DNA of 64,000 bases, taken from NCBI GenBank assembly GCA_965218785.1, contig OZ244650.1, positions 1,632,001 to 1,696,000 of the forward strand. Direction: 5' to 3'. The notes below the pieces were generated by a model. That model was not told the origin of the DNA, did no database searches, and saw only the letters and a program-made list of their open reading frames with translations. Source of the DNA: Nitrosopumilus sp. (lineage in GTDB: Archaea > Thermoproteota > Nitrososphaeria > Nitrososphaerales > Nitrosopumilaceae). The translations under genes and the position numbers were made by a program. This document shows, one piece after another, positions 40,408 to 51,645 of this stretch (its first letter is position 1; every line of letters starts with the position of its first letter).

Positions 40408-40965
40408 TCAAGATGAACGTAATAAAATAGATCTTTGTCCAAACTGTTTTAGTATCTGATTGATACTCTCCAACAAAAGGATGACTTTTGGATAGTTATC
40501 ATTAGAGATCAAGTCATTTTTAATCACACTGACATAATGTCTTTGCCGCTTTATCTGACGTGATTTTTTTGACTTTGAAGCATCCCAATTTTTCATGGCA
40601 CCCAAATTTGCAGAAATATCACACAGTTTGATTAATTTTGCATCAGTTGATGCCTCTCTGAGTTGTTTGACATATGCTTGCTCTCGCTTTTTTCTTGGTA
40701 ATGACATATCTTTTGACAGGGTTGATACCAATACTGCCACCCTACTTCCAAACTGTTCATACAAGTTATCAAAAGTAACATCAGTGTCCTCTATCGTATC
40801 ATGTAACCAACCAGTTACAAGTAATTCCTCATCTATTACTCCAAGACTTTTGAGCCTATTTACCACGTCTTCAAGGTGCTTCGAATGAGAAGTGATGCCA
40901 TCCTTTCTCATCATTCCAGAATGCTTCTTTTTTGCCAATAATTCAGCAGATTTTACTAATTCCAT
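40408..40965 (-). CDS. Stand-alone HD-domain hydrolase (RelA/SpoT HD, Mesh1/SAH-like)
   Basis: HSGMMRKDG...H...WLHDTIEDT...IKLCDISAN. Confidence 0.88.
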   Translation of the reverse strand: MELVKSAELLAKKKHSGMMRKDGITSHSKHLEDVVNRLKSLGVIDEELLVTGWLHDTIEDTDVTFDNLYEQFGSRVAVLVSTLSKDMSLPRKKREQAYVKQLREASTDAKLIKLCDISANLGAMKNWDASKSKKSRQIKRQRHYVSVIKNDLISNDNYPKVILLLESINQILKQFGQRSILLRSS

Positions 40966-41352
40966 AAACAGTTTCTAGAGTCATTAGGGATATCTAATCA
41001 TTTTGAAAACAGCTCAATGATTTAGTTTGCAAATTAAAGTCATAAACAAACAGTAATGAAAGTACAGTCATCTGCAATTCGTTGTGTTTAATGTGTCAAA
41101 TTGTATTATTTGGAGAATAAATGATGAGAGTGTTGGGGAAAATTTTAATTGGGAAATTCAGACCAAAGACGGCAAAAAAACAGGCAGAAACTACAAGAAA
41201 AAAAAGACGGATTTGCTTAAAGCCTGATAAAGAAAACAAAAATCCATCAGATGGCAAGAAAAGTGCAAATCAGTCAAAAAAACAATGATGAAAAGGCATG
41301 AATTAATTCTCATAAGGAATTGTAAATACCAAGTAATTATAATAGAAAACAG

Positions 41353-41426
41353 AGCCTCGGACGGGATCTGAACCCGTGACCTAACGCTTACGAGGCGTTC
41401 GCTCTACCAGGCTGAGCTACCAAGGC
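41353..41426 (-). tRNA. tRNA-Thr (CGT)
   Basis: GCCTTGG...AACGC-CTCGTAA-GCGTT...GGTTCAGATCC...CCGAGGCT cloverleaf. Confidence 0.95.
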
Positions 41427-41478
41427 ACGTTTGGATAAATTCATCAGAGTTAATAAAAAGTCTTTCCAAGTTGATTAA

Positions 41479-42777
41479 TTGAAGAAGACAATTTCCGGAA
41501 TTAGGGGGATATTTGGAGAGGATCTCAATCTAAAAAATGTGCTAGAATTTTGTAATAATTTTTCATCCCTGATAAAATCACAAAAATGTGTCATTGGAAA
41601 GGACACCAGACCATCAGGTCCGATGATCAAAGATGCCGCCTGTGCGGCATTGATGAATAATGGAGTTGACGTGTTTAATTTGGAAACAGCGCCAACCCCC
41701 GTGGTTTTCAGAGAGGCAAGAAAATATGGTGCAGGAATCGTAGTTTCCTCATCCCACAATCCGATTAACTGGAATGGAATGAAATTCATTATTGAAGGCA
41801 GGGGAATAAATCAAGAAGAGCTGCCGCAAGTTATAGAACATCAGGAAATTTTAAAATCAAGAATCGGAATAGAATGCGATATATCATCATCATACATCGA
41901 TGATGCAGAAAAAATCATAGGAACCATCGAAAATCAGCCAGAGATAGCAGTGGATATCGGGGGAGGTGCCGCCAAGGGCTTTGCACCAGACTTGTTAAAA
42001 AAGATAGGATGCAAGGTTGAAATTCTAAACGAGGAATTATCAGGATGTTCAAGGGGTCCTGATCCTACATCTGATGAGCTATCCGAATTAATCGCAGCGT
42101 CTGCCAAAAAAGAGATTGGATTTGCATTTGACCTGGACGGAGATCGCCTAGTTGTAGTTAGAAAGGGAAAAAAACAGACCCCGGATGTGACATTGGGTTT
42201 GGGGGTTGCAAAATCTTTGGAGTTGGGATACAAAAGATTTGTCCTAAGTATCGATACAAGTGTCTCAATTGAAAAATTCATCTTGGAGAGGGGCGGAACT
42301 GTTCAAAGATCAAAAGTGGGTGAGGCAAACGTAATGGATCTCATGCTAAAAAACGAGGCCCAGGCAGGAGGGGAGGGAAGTAGTGCCGGTTTTATTTTAC
42401 CAGAATTCAACTATTGCAGGGAGGGGATTCTTACAAGCGGTTTGATAGCTTCCATGCTGGGAAGTTCAAAATTTGATGAGGTTTTGGATTATATGGAAAA
42501 TTACTCCCAAATAAGAGAAAAAATTGATGTCGATTCAACTTTGCATGATAAAATAATGCAGGAAATCAGTGCCAAGCTTGAAAAACAGTATTCACAGGTG
42601 ATCACACTAGATGGAATCAAGGGAATTATTGACGAGCACAGCTGGGTTTTGATTAGAAAATCAAACACCGAAGACAGCATAAGAGTTTCAGCAGAATCAA
42701 ATAACGAAGAAAAATGCAGGAAAATTACAAGGGAGGCACTAGAGTTAGTGAAACAAAGCCATGACAAAGTTAGATGA
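41479..42777 (+). CDS. Phosphomannomutase/phosphoglucomutase family
   Basis: SSSHNP, FDLDGDR, GGEGS. Confidence 0.93.
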   Translation: MKKTISGIRGIFGEDLNLKNVLEFCNNFSSLIKSQKCVIGKDTRPSGPMIKDAACAALMNNGVDVFNLETAPTPVVFREARKYGAGIVVSSSHNPINWNGMKFIIEGRGINQEELPQVIEHQEILKSRIGIECDISSSYIDDAEKIIGTIENQPEIAVDIGGGAAKGFAPDLLKKIGCKVEILNEELSGCSRGPDPTSDELSELIAASAKKEIGFAFDLDGDRLVVVRKGKKQTPDVTLGLGVAKSLELGYKRFVLSIDTSVSIEKFILERGGTVQRSKVGEANVMDLMLKNEAQAGGEGSSAGFILPEFNYCREGILTSGLIASMLGSSKFDEVLDYMENYSQIREKIDVDSTLHDKIMQEISAKLEKQYSQVITLDGIKGIIDEHSWVLIRKSNTEDSIRVSAESNNEEKCRKITREALELVKQSHDKVR

Positions 42778-43717
42778 ATCTTCAATAATCAAAATTTTTC
42801 AGAGTAGGTTGGGAAACAGGAAATTTGTCCCTGAAGATGTAGAAGTCTTCAATTTGGGTAAAACCAAAATCATAGCCAAGACAGACACACTAGTAGAAAG
42901 TACTGATATTCCATCGGGAATGAAGCTGGCAGATGCTGCAAGAAAAAGTGTTGTTGCATGTGTAAGTGATTTTGCTGCAAAAGGCATCAAACCTCAGTAT
43001 GGAATCATTTCTGTGAATCTGCCAGGAACAGTCTCACGCCCACAAATTAACGAGATTGCAAGAGGTTTTAGAAAAGCATGTGATGAATATGATATCTCGA
43101 TACTGGGAGGCGATACCAACTCGGGCAGGGAAACTGTTTTCAATGTATGCATTTTTGGAAGGACTGGCAAAATAGTCAGTAGAAAAGGGGCCAAAACAGG
43201 GGATTTGATATTTGTGACAGGACCGTTTGGTTATACGGCTGCAGGATTGAATATGCTTCTTGGTAAAAGGTACGGAAATGGTAATTTTGCTAAAAAATCA
43301 ATCAGAACAGTAACAAGGCCCAGACCAAGACTCGGCTTTGGAATAAAAAACAAGAGATATTTTTCATCATCAATGGATTCCAGTGACGGATTATCCACCA
43401 CGCTAAATGAAATGTCAAAGCAGAGTAAAAAAAAATTCGTAATTAACAATACCCCTTCAAACAAAGATCTACGGGAATACGCCGAGTCCCAGAAACTTGA
43501 TCTGAATAAATTGGTTTTTCATGGAGGAGAGGAATACGAAATTGTATTTACAGCATCACCAAGACACGGACAAATAATTAAAAAAAATGCAAAGCTGCTT
43601 AAAATACCAGTTGTTGAGATCGGATATGTCGCCTCAGGAAGGAGGAGGGGGGTTTTTGTGCAGGAGAAAAACAGACAGGTTCGTTTGAAGGATTTAGGAT
43701 GGAGGCATTTTAGATGA
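42761..43717 (+). CDS. thiL: Thiamine-monophosphate kinase
   Basis: SDFAAKG, GGDT, MDSSDGL, GGEEYE. Confidence 0.92.
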   Translation: MTKLDESSIIKIFQSRLGNRKFVPEDVEVFNLGKTKIIAKTDTLVESTDIPSGMKLADAARKSVVACVSDFAAKGIKPQYGIISVNLPGTVSRPQINEIARGFRKACDEYDISILGGDTNSGRETVFNVCIFGRTGKIVSRKGAKTGDLIFVTGPFGYTAAGLNMLLGKRYGNGNFAKKSIRTVTRPRPRLGFGIKNKRYFSSSMDSSDGLSTTLNEMSKQSKKKFVINNTPSNKDLREYAESQKLDLNKLVFHGGEEYEIVFTASPRHGQIIKKNAKLLKIPVVEIGYVASGRRRGVFVQEKNRQVRLKDLGWRHFR

Positions 43718-44013
43718 CTGTTTGCTTTTTTTGCAGTGAGAGATTTGCATTCATATGTTGACTAGTATTAATATTGCAGAGCAAACCCCTATCAGGGCAT
43801 ACATGTATTTCCTAAAATTTGGATTGTTTGTTCTCATCATATTATATCACAACTCCTGTGGAAATTCGAGATTGGCGCATTACAAAATTTGAAACACTGC
43901 CCAAAAACATTTCTTTAAAACTGCCAGAGCCGGCAACTATCAAATCAGCATGATTACTTTTTTGATTTGCAACAGTCATGCCAGAACAACCCTGCGGATT
44001 TTTTGATCGTTGA

Positions 44014-44535
44014 TCATTTTGTCAGATTACCGTTTGAAATATGCGTCTTGTCATTTAATATGACATTGCGAACCTTTACCATCTTGCGAGCTAGCATGAA
44101 TCCTGCACCAGTCATGGAGCTGCCCAAAATGACGTGCAGTATGCTGGAATCCTGCTGTGGTGCGACAAACAGCACATATACAAATCCTACACCCATTAAC
44201 AACACGCCAAAAAACGCAAACAACGCCATCATTTTAGGTATGTGTGATGGAATTGGTGGCAATGTGTTTGGTGGCGATTCTACAAAATCAATATCCTTGC
44301 AGCTTTTACAGCAATGATAAGGTTTTGTATTTTTCCAAACCGTAACAAGAAAATAAAATTCTTGATGGCACGCATCACAGCTTTGTTTTGGTAGGGTAAT
44401 TTTTCCATTAGCATCCCAGTCCTTGCCGATTGTTTTCATACATTTTTTACAAAAGTATCCGGGAGTACGCCACTGCTTTTGAAAGTTATATTTTACAAAT
44501 CCGAGTTTTTTGTTACATCCACTACAAAAAGTCAA
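44014..44535 (-). CDS. Double zinc-ribbon + two-TM protein downstream of the urea transporter
   Basis: Four CxxC motifs then two TMs; ATGA overlap with dur3. Confidence 0.82.
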   Translation of the reverse strand: MTFCSGCNKKLGFVKYNFQKQWRTPGYFCKKCMKTIGKDWDANGKITLPKQSCDACHQEFYFLVTVWKNTKPYHCCKSCKDIDFVESPPNTLPPIPSHIPKMMALFAFFGVLLMGVGFVYVLFVAPQQDSSILHVILGSSMTGAGFMLARKMVKVRNVILNDKTHISNGNLTK

Positions 44536-46514
44536 TTCTTGCCTTCCGTGTCTTCTGCGACTGGCTTTCTACCCAGGACTTTGGCAATTCCTTGTCTTGC
44601 CTCGATGATGGGCAAAAATATGATAATCGATGCTGCAATACTGACCCAAATTATTGATATTCCAACCCAGATACTATACGTAAATACATCAAAGACGAGA
44701 TTCGATATAATCAATGGCATTGGCCACGCAATAATTAGGATCAAAGTCATTATTCCGCCTCCTTTGAGACTGAACTTGAATGCCTTTTTCAATGTCTCTT
44801 CATTTTCTACAGATAATGTAGATTCTGATAATTCGACCAGGGTGATCTTTTCTTTGAGATCTTTCCATTCGAAGGTTGATTTTGTAGCAAGACTGCCAAC
44901 CAAAGTTATGACGCCGCCAGTCAAAATGCCTGCAACGTTGGCAAATAGCATTGAATAGTTGTGACCAAGACTGGCAAGACTGATTACACCGTCAAATTCA
45001 GGCAGCGAGGTTGCTACGGATACCCAGGTAGTCAATGCAACTGCAAAACCGATGATCGCACCCGATGTGGCAGCAACCCTGTTGGTTCTCTTCCACAGTA
45101 TTGTTAATGCAATCGGAATAACTGCCGAACCGATAATGATTCCCATTGCCAGATAAACAAATCCGAGGCTTAGACCCATGTGCAATAGCACGACTGCCAA
45201 ACCACCCATCCCCAGACCAAAACCAACTATGGTTATCCTGGAGACTTTAACGAGGTTCTTGCCTGTGGCATTCGGGTTTTTGTATGTTCGATAAATATCA
45301 TAAGTGATCAAAGACGAGACGGCAATCAACTCGGCAGAACCTGCAGAAGTTACAGCCATAAACAGCATTGTGAGAACCATTATAGCTCCCACCTCGCCCA
45401 TTAATGCAGTTGCAGCAGCTGGAACGACCAGTCCCAACTGAACCTGTTCTGGAGTAAGATCAACATCAAGCGCGACGGCAGTAAGTCCCATCGTAGTAGC
45501 CAAAGTAAACGGAATTGCAAACCAGCATGCACCGCCAAGCAGGAATCCCTTGACCGTAGATGATGGTTTTGCGGCAATTGCCCGTTGCCAGTATGCCTGA
45601 TCAACGAACACAGTACCAAAGTTTCCAACAATATTGATAATACCAAACATCAGACCGCCAATTGACGCCATGGTCAGAAATGCACCTGCGGCATTTCCCT
45701 CAATAGGTCTCAGGTCTGCGGCTGCAACCAGCTTGTCATACATTCCATCAATACCGCCGGTAATGTCAGTGTTGATGTACACTGCCGCAACAAACGTCAA
45801 AATCACTACAAAGATAATTATCGTATGCATGTAATCTGCAACAAATGTTGCCTTTAGTCCCCCCACCAGAGTGTAAATCATGACACCGATTGGTATCAAA
45901 AATGCCGCAAGGGAGATGTCCATTCCAGTCAAACCATTGACGACGGCCGAACCTCCAAGAAGAAGCATTGCAGTTACGATCATGTTTGTAGTTAATGCAA
46001 AAACAAGGAATACTTTGTGTGAACCATTCCCATATCTTGCACGAATTATTTCTAAAAATGTATGTGCGTTAGGAGCCTTGCGTTTTAATTCGATGGCCAG
46101 GATTCCAAATAACAGAACTTGAATCGATGCGCCTGCCGCATACCAAAACGGACCACTAATTCCATACTGATATGCCACTGTCGAGGACTGGAGTAACGTG
46201 GCTGCCCACGTCCAAGCCGAGACAATAGCGGCTGCCGTCAAACCGGTTTTGATGGTTCGTCCGGCAGTGTTGAACATCTCCGAGGTCTGATTTACACCCA
46301 AATACTTTTCTTCAATCTTTACTTCAATTGTAATAATAACTGCAAATACTGCGCCTAAACCGACAACTACGGCCCAACCAATCCATTCAGGTAAGACCTC
46401 ACCTATTTCAAATCCCTCTGAAATTGCGCCCGCACCAAAAACTGTTTGAGTGGAACCTGCAACGGCAGCAAAAAGCAACAAGGACATAAAAAACAGGCTG
46501 AATCTGGCTTTCAT
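44532..46514 (-). CDS. dur3: Urea active transporter, sodium:solute symporter (Dur3) family
   Basis: WTWAATLLQSS, PFWYAAGA, NFGTVFVDQAYWQRAIAA; adjacent to urease. Confidence 0.95.
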   Translation of the reverse strand: MKARFSLFFMSLLLFAAVAGSTQTVFGAGAISEGFEIGEVLPEWIGWAVVVGLGAVFAVIITIEVKIEEKYLGVNQTSEMFNTAGRTIKTGLTAAAIVSAWTWAATLLQSSTVAYQYGISGPFWYAAGASIQVLLFGILAIELKRKAPNAHTFLEIIRARYGNGSHKVFLVFALTTNMIVTAMLLLGGSAVVNGLTGMDISLAAFLIPIGVMIYTLVGGLKATFVADYMHTIIIFVVILTFVAAVYINTDITGGIDGMYDKLVAAADLRPIEGNAAGAFLTMASIGGLMFGIINIVGNFGTVFVDQAYWQRAIAAKPSSTVKGFLLGGACWFAIPFTLATTMGLTAVALDVDLTPEQVQLGLVVPAAATALMGEVGAIMVLTMLFMAVTSAGSAELIAVSSLITYDIYRTYKNPNATGKNLVKVSRITIVGFGLGMGGLAVVLLHMGLSLGFVYLAMGIIIGSAVIPIALTILWKRTNRVAATSGAIIGFAVALTTWVSVATSLPEFDGVISLASLGHNYSMLFANVAGILTGGVITLVGSLATKSTFEWKDLKEKITLVELSESTLSVENEETLKKAFKFSLKGGGIMTLILIIAWPMPLIISNLVFDVFTYSIWVGISIIWVSIAASIIIFLPIIEARQGIAKVLGRKPVAEDTEGKN

Positions 46515-46612
46515 ATGAATAATGGATATAATGTCGGTATTTAAGTAATTTTATATTCATTTTTTTTTAAAATATAGGGTTTATTTTGAATTTTTAGGCG
46601 ATATTTGGAAAA

Positions 46613-48325
46613 TTAGTATAAATTATAGAGTCGGGATAGCGGGAGTTTCTCAGAAGGGTTGACTGTTGCGATTTCTCCATCAACTCGTACCTCGTATGTT
46701 TCAGGATTTACCTTGATGTCCGGTGTCAGGTTATTGAGAACCATGTCCTTTTTTCCTATATTGCGGCAGTTTTTTACCGCAACAAGTCTCTTTTTGAGAT
46801 CAAGTTTTGTTTCCAGTTTGTCATCTAAGGCCAGTTGTGATGTAAAAGTGATGGATGTAGAGTGTTTTGCCGTTCCTAGCGCGCCGAACATCGGTCTGTA
46901 GCGAATCGGTTCAGTCGTCGGTATCGAGGCATTCGGATCGCCCATCAGGGAGTATGCGATGAATCCACCCTTGATGATAAGCTTTGGTTTTATGCCAAAA
47001 AATTGTGGTGTCCAAACGATAATGTCTGCAAGTTTTCCTGATTCCAAGGATCCCACGTGTTCGGATATTCCATGAGTTATTGCAGGATTTATCGTGATTT
47101 TAGCCAGGTATCGCTTTACTCTAAGATTGTCATTCTCGCCGGATTCATCTGCAAGACGGCCGACATTTTGTTTCATCTTGTCAGCTGTCTGCCAGTTTCT
47201 TGTTGTCACCTCGCCTACTCTTCCCATCGCCTGGCTGTCTGAGGACATCATGCTTATGACACCCATGTCGTGCAGTACGTCTTCTGCGGCTATTGTCTCC
47301 CCCCGTATTCTGGATTCGGCAAACGAGACGTCTTCTGGTACTGAAGGATTAAGATGATGGCACACCATCATCATGTCCAGGTGTTCTGCCAATGTATTTA
47401 CTGTAAACGGTCTGGTGGGATTTGTCGATGATGGAAGAACATTGTCCAGTCCTGCAATTTTTATAATGTCCGGTGCGTGACCGCCGCCTGCCCCTTCTGT
47501 ATGGTATGTGTGGATTGTCCGTCCGGCAATCGCCTCGATTGTATCATCAACAAAACCGCACTCGTTTAGAGTATCAGTATGGATTGCAACTTGGGTGTCA
47601 GTCTTTTCTGCAACACGCAATGCGGCATCAATTGTTGCAGGAGTCGAGCCCCAGTCCTCATGTAACTTTAACCCGCAGGCCCCGGCCCTGATCTGTTCGA
47701 TCAGTGCGGGTTCCTGCGAATCGTTTCCCTTGCACAAAAATCCAAAGTTTAGCGGAAATTCCTCAATGGCCTCCATCATCCTGTGAATATTCCACGCGCC
47801 GGGAGTACACGTTGTTGCATTTGTCCCGTCGGCAGGACCCGTACCTCCGCCAATCATGGTTGTAGTGCCACTGCAGATGGCATCAATGCATTGTTGGGGG
47901 GAAATAAAATGAATATGAGAGTCTATCGTACCGGGAGTGCAGATAGTGTGTTCCCCTGAGATGACCTCCGTATTTGAGGAGATCACCATGTCGATATTAT
48001 CCATGATGTTTGGATTGCCGGCATTGCCTATTCCGACGATCTTTCCGTCTTTAATTCCAATATCGCCCTTTATTATTCCCAGAATCGGATCCAAAATTAC
48101 AGCGTTTGTAATTACCAGGTCTAGCGAATTCTCCCTGGTATAACCGCTGGCTTGCGCCATTCCGTCTCTGATGCTTTTTCCCCCGCCAAAAACTGCCTCA
48201 TCGCCATACTGTATCAGGTCCTTTTCAATCTCGATAATTAAATCAGTGTCTGCAAGGCGTATCTTGTCACCGACTGTCGGACCAAAGAGATCAACGTATC
48301 TTCTTCTTGCAATATCTAGTGTCAT
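46613..48325 (-). CDS. ureC: Urease alpha subunit
   Basis: [42 protein letters not shown]. Confidence 0.98.
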   Translation of the reverse strand: MTLDIARRRYVDLFGPTVGDKIRLADTDLIIEIEKDLIQYGDEAVFGGGKSIRDGMAQASGYTRENSLDLVITNAVILDPILGIIKGDIGIKDGKIVGIGNAGNPNIMDNIDMVISSNTEVISGEHTICTPGTIDSHIHFISPQQCIDAICSGTTTMIGGGTGPADGTNATTCTPGAWNIHRMMEAIEEFPLNFGFLCKGNDSQEPALIEQIRAGACGLKLHEDWGSTPATIDAALRVAEKTDTQVAIHTDTLNECGFVDDTIEAIAGRTIHTYHTEGAGGGHAPDIIKIAGLDNVLPSSTNPTRPFTVNTLAEHLDMMMVCHHLNPSVPEDVSFAESRIRGETIAAEDVLHDMGVISMMSSDSQAMGRVGEVTTRNWQTADKMKQNVGRLADESGENDNLRVKRYLAKITINPAITHGISEHVGSLESGKLADIIVWTPQFFGIKPKLIIKGGFIAYSLMGDPNASIPTTEPIRYRPMFGALGTAKHSTSITFTSQLALDDKLETKLDLKKRLVAVKNCRNIGKKDMVLNNLTPDIKVNPETYEVRVDGEIATVNPSEKLPLSRLYNLY

Positions 48326-48699
48326 ACAGATACCTCCTTGAATCCCTTGTCCCTTGCTTTTTGCAGTGCCTGTGTTTTTCTCTCATCTAGTTTCCCATTA
48401 ACCAACCCGCTAAATCCATAAACGATTTTTTTTCCGCCGTATTCTACTAGTTCTATTCTTCTAGAATCGCCTGGCTCAAATCTTACTGATGTTCCTGACG
48501 GTATGTTCAGATGAAACCCATACGCCTGCACCCTTGGAAATGAAAGCGACTTGTTTACCTCAAAAAAATGTGTGTGGGAGCCGACCTGGATGGGTCGATC
48601 ACCGGTGTTTGTTACCAGAATTGAAACGGTAGCTTTTCCATTATTTGCAATAATTTTTTCATCAGATATTATGTATTCTCCAGGCTTCATCTTTATCAC
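48322..48699 (-). CDS. ureB: Urease beta subunit
   Basis: [28 protein letters not shown]. Confidence 0.97.
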   Translation of the reverse strand: MIKMKPGEYIISDEKIIANNGKATVSILVTNTGDRPIQVGSHTHFFEVNKSLSFPRVQAYGFHLNIPSGTSVRFEPGDSRRIELVEYGGKKIVYGFSGLVNGKLDERKTQALQKARDKGFKEVSV

Positions 48700-48998
48700 A
48701 CTATTGGGTCATGTACCGTTACTAGTTTTGTTCCATCATTAAATGTCGCCTCTACCTGGATTGAATGGATTAGTTCTGGGACTTCGGGCAGAACATCATC
48801 TTTTGAGAGGATATTTTTTCCGGAACTCATCAGATCAGAAACGGACTTTCCATCACGGGCCCCCTCCAAAATATGGTCTGCAATCAGTGCGACTGCTTCT
48901 GGATGATTTAGCTTTAGACCTCTCTTTCTTCTTCTGGCGGCAAGCTGGGCGACTAGAAAAATATCTAGTTTGTCCTTATCTCTGGGTGTCAGGTTCAC
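48696..48998 (-). CDS. ureA: Urease gamma subunit
   Basis: [35 protein letters not shown]. Confidence 0.97.
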   Translation of the reverse strand: MNLTPRDKDKLDIFLVAQLAARRRKRGLKLNHPEAVALIADHILEGARDGKSVSDLMSSGKNILSKDDVLPEVPELIHSIQVEATFNDGTKLVTVHDPIV

Positions 48999-49258
48999 TG
49001 GATTAAATTAATCAGTCATTCTATATAATATTTAAAAATAATTTTGATATCTTTTATTGTTATTCAAGATAGATGATCTTATCCTGATTTATGCCTGAGG
49101 TCGGGGATCCGGGTGATCTGATCACCGATTACACCAGAACCAACATGGGAAATAACTGCCTGTGATCCAAATCCAGCCGATAAGCATGCATGCATCCATT
49201 TGATAGTGATAAGAGAGTACCAAGAATCAAAAATAAAAACAGGTTGGTTTTTTCAACA

Positions 49259-49957
49259 TTATTTGGATATTCTACCTTTTTTGCTATTTCTTGTTTGGTG
49301 ATAAGTGTAAATCAGGATGCCAACCCCTTCTAGTGTCTCAATAAATAATACCGTGGCAAAATGCAGCATCCAACCGTCTAGTATATCATCAATGGTAGAG
49401 ACGATAACGGACCAAACAACAGGATCAAGGACAGGCAGCAAAAATACAAGGAAAAACCCCAAAAATATTCTATCTTGGGATATCTGATTATAAACATTCA
49501 TCAATTCATCATGGGTTTGTATTACATCCTGATTGATTACAGCAGTATTGATTTTATCCAGTGATGCCTTATTTTCTAATGACATTGCTTGAATCATCGA
49601 GGATTTTAATTCAAGGATTTCGGGGTTTGTTTCTGCATATCCGATACCCAGGGTGATTGAACCCAGAAAATAGATAACAAAGAACATTGAACAATAAACC
49701 ACGATTCTTCTTTTTCCCCTGTGAACCCTGGTGATTACCTTCCAGTATATCTTGCCAAAGTATCCTAGCTTGTTTTTCTTGGATAGATAGACTGTGATAA
49801 AAGCAGCAAGCGAGATAAGACCAAAAGAACCAACCCAGCTATCAGATACAAAACTAAAGAATATCAGCCTGATGGATAGGAATACTCCAAACATTACAAC
49901 CAACACAATAATGTCTTCCAGGAATGATGGGAGTTTTGGTTTATAGTTCCGGGTCAT
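49259..49957 (-). CDS. Multi-TM hypothetical protein inserted in the urease locus
   Basis: 232-aa ORF with ~5 hydrophobic segments. Confidence 0.75.
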   Translation of the reverse strand: MTRNYKPKLPSFLEDIIVLVVMFGVFLSIRLIFFSFVSDSWVGSFGLISLAAFITVYLSKKNKLGYFGKIYWKVITRVHRGKRRIVVYCSMFFVIYFLGSITLGIGYAETNPEILELKSSMIQAMSLENKASLDKINTAVINQDVIQTHDELMNVYNQISQDRIFLGFFLVFLLPVLDPVVWSVIVSTIDDILDGWMLHFATVLFIETLEGVGILIYTYHQTRNSKKGRISK

Positions 49958-50323
49958 ACTGTTAATGACTTGAATATGATGATCAAATAGTTATCAATGT
50001 TTGTTATCCATTACAGTAAATCGGAATTAAAGCAAATCAAAGATAAAGCCAAGACAAAATCATTGATGGCTTGACTATCCAGCCATCAGAGGCATCCGGA
50101 TTTGTTGATTCTGTTTTTGGTGATCTTTTATTACCAAACGAGTTAACAGTGAATTTTATATTAATTTTGATTGAGATTTTGATGCCTTTTTTTGTAAATG
50201 AATTTAGAGTTTGATAAAATCGGCATTATTCATCGTTGTTATCAATTCAGACATGCAGACAGTTGAAACGGGTTTTTTATTAATCAGTTTACGCATAATT
50301 GATCCCAGACGGACATATCATGA

Positions 50324-50527
50324 ATGTGTGAGTTGATAATGACATCAGGTGGCATTAGAATTGTTCATAAACTTGGTCATCTTGAAGGTGATGAATACGG
50401 AACAATATGCAGATGTTACAGCCATAATGACGATAATGCCAATTTATCTTTAAAAGGAGAAACTTGGGATTTTTATAGAAAAAAGAAGATATGGTATTAT
50501 GGGAAAAACAACAGCAGACAAATTTGA
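50324..50527 (+). pseudogene. C-terminal remnant of a possible papain-fold toxin/effector
   Basis: IRIVHKLGHLEGDEYGTI motif; no convincing N-terminus; overlaps the next gene. Confidence 0.4.
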
Positions 50528-50819
50528 AGAATATTTTCAACAGTGGTTAGAGGAAGTTCAAAAACCGGAAATTATGGTTAGTTCTGATACTATAGATTAC
50601 ATTGACAATAAACCATATAAAAAAATTATAAGACTGGGACACGACGCACTGCCATTTTTAATGAATAAAATTGCACAAGGATACTTTATCTTAAATCATG
50701 CAGTTTCTGAAATTACTGGAAAAAAAATATCAGACATTGCACCAGTAGGATCCAAGCTAATTTCACAGCAAGAGATTTCAAGATTATGGTTAACATGGTG
50801 GAAAACAGAAATATTCTAA
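50499..50819 (+). CDS. Small helical protein, immunity-protein-like
   Basis: F...W...SS...Y..II.LG..ALPFL...A..ITG...WL.WW pattern. Confidence 0.7.
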   Translation: MGKTTADKFEEYFQQWLEEVQKPEIMVSSDTIDYIDNKPYKKIIRLGHDALPFLMNKIAQGYFILNHAVSEITGKKISDIAPVGSKLISQQEISRLWLTWWKTEIF

Positions 50820-51156
50820 AGACAGTCATATTGAAATTTGGATGCGTCTTTTTACCTCCACCCACAAAGATCAATCAGACTTTCTTTATGATGAATATGG
50901 TAATTCTGTCATGAATCTTTTTCCAATCTACACAGATGATTTTGTTGTAGATCTTAAACATTAAGGAATATCTAGATACATCATGTTTGGTGTTACTGCC
51001 AGTTACAATTGAGCCTCGTGGATTGTTATCTTGCAATAGAATCACCGCACAATCATGAGCCTTTAATGCCTTTGATTCTGGTGCATTTTGGCGATCTGAT
51101 AGTATTCCACACTAGAGCCTTTGATAAGATATAACCCCCGTATCGCTATAGTAACT

Positions 51157-51645
51157 GTGATAAAAATTACCTCCATTTCAGGAAATATTTTTCGTGATAA
51201 AAAACCCCTAAAAACAGACAGTCCCGAATACCTCCTAGTCTCAAGATCAGAGTTGGATAAGAGCAGACTTCGAGCAAAAACAGACAAGGGAACAGATATC
51301 GGACTCGTTTTAGAATCAGATAACCTGCACAACGGCGATATATTATCCTGTGATGATAAGAATATAATTGTCAAACAGTTGCCTGAAAAATTAATCGCAG
51401 TTAAGTTAAGAGGCGACAGATCACAGGCAACTGAGGTTCTAGTCATGATAGGACATGTTATTGGAAACAGGCACCGACCGATCTCAGTTGTAGGTAATCA
51501 CATTTATTTTCCAATTCAGGCTGATTCTGAACTCGGCGTCTTTGAGGAATTATTCTCCGGCATTCTTGATGATGATGATGCCGAGTTCTCCATCCAGGAA
51601 TCAGTTTTTGAACCTCTTATTGGGACAAAGATACATGAACACTGA
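51157..51645 (+). CDS. ureE: Urease accessory protein UreE
   Basis: KSRLRAKTDKGTDIG, LHNGDIL, GHVIGNRHRP; GTG start inferred. Confidence 0.93.
   Translation: MIKITSISGNIFRDKKPLKTDSPEYLLVSRSELDKSRLRAKTDKGTDIGLVLESDNLHNGDILSCDDKNIIVKQLPEKLIAVKLRGDRSQATEVLVMIGHVIGNRHRPISVVGNHIYFPIQADSELGVFEELFSGILDDDDAEFSIQESVFEPLIGTKIHEH

Noticed and set aside
41121-41288. 55-aa Lys-rich ORF near tRNA-Thr
   Set aside because: A-rich low-complexity sequence can produce such ORFs by chance; there is no supporting motif.
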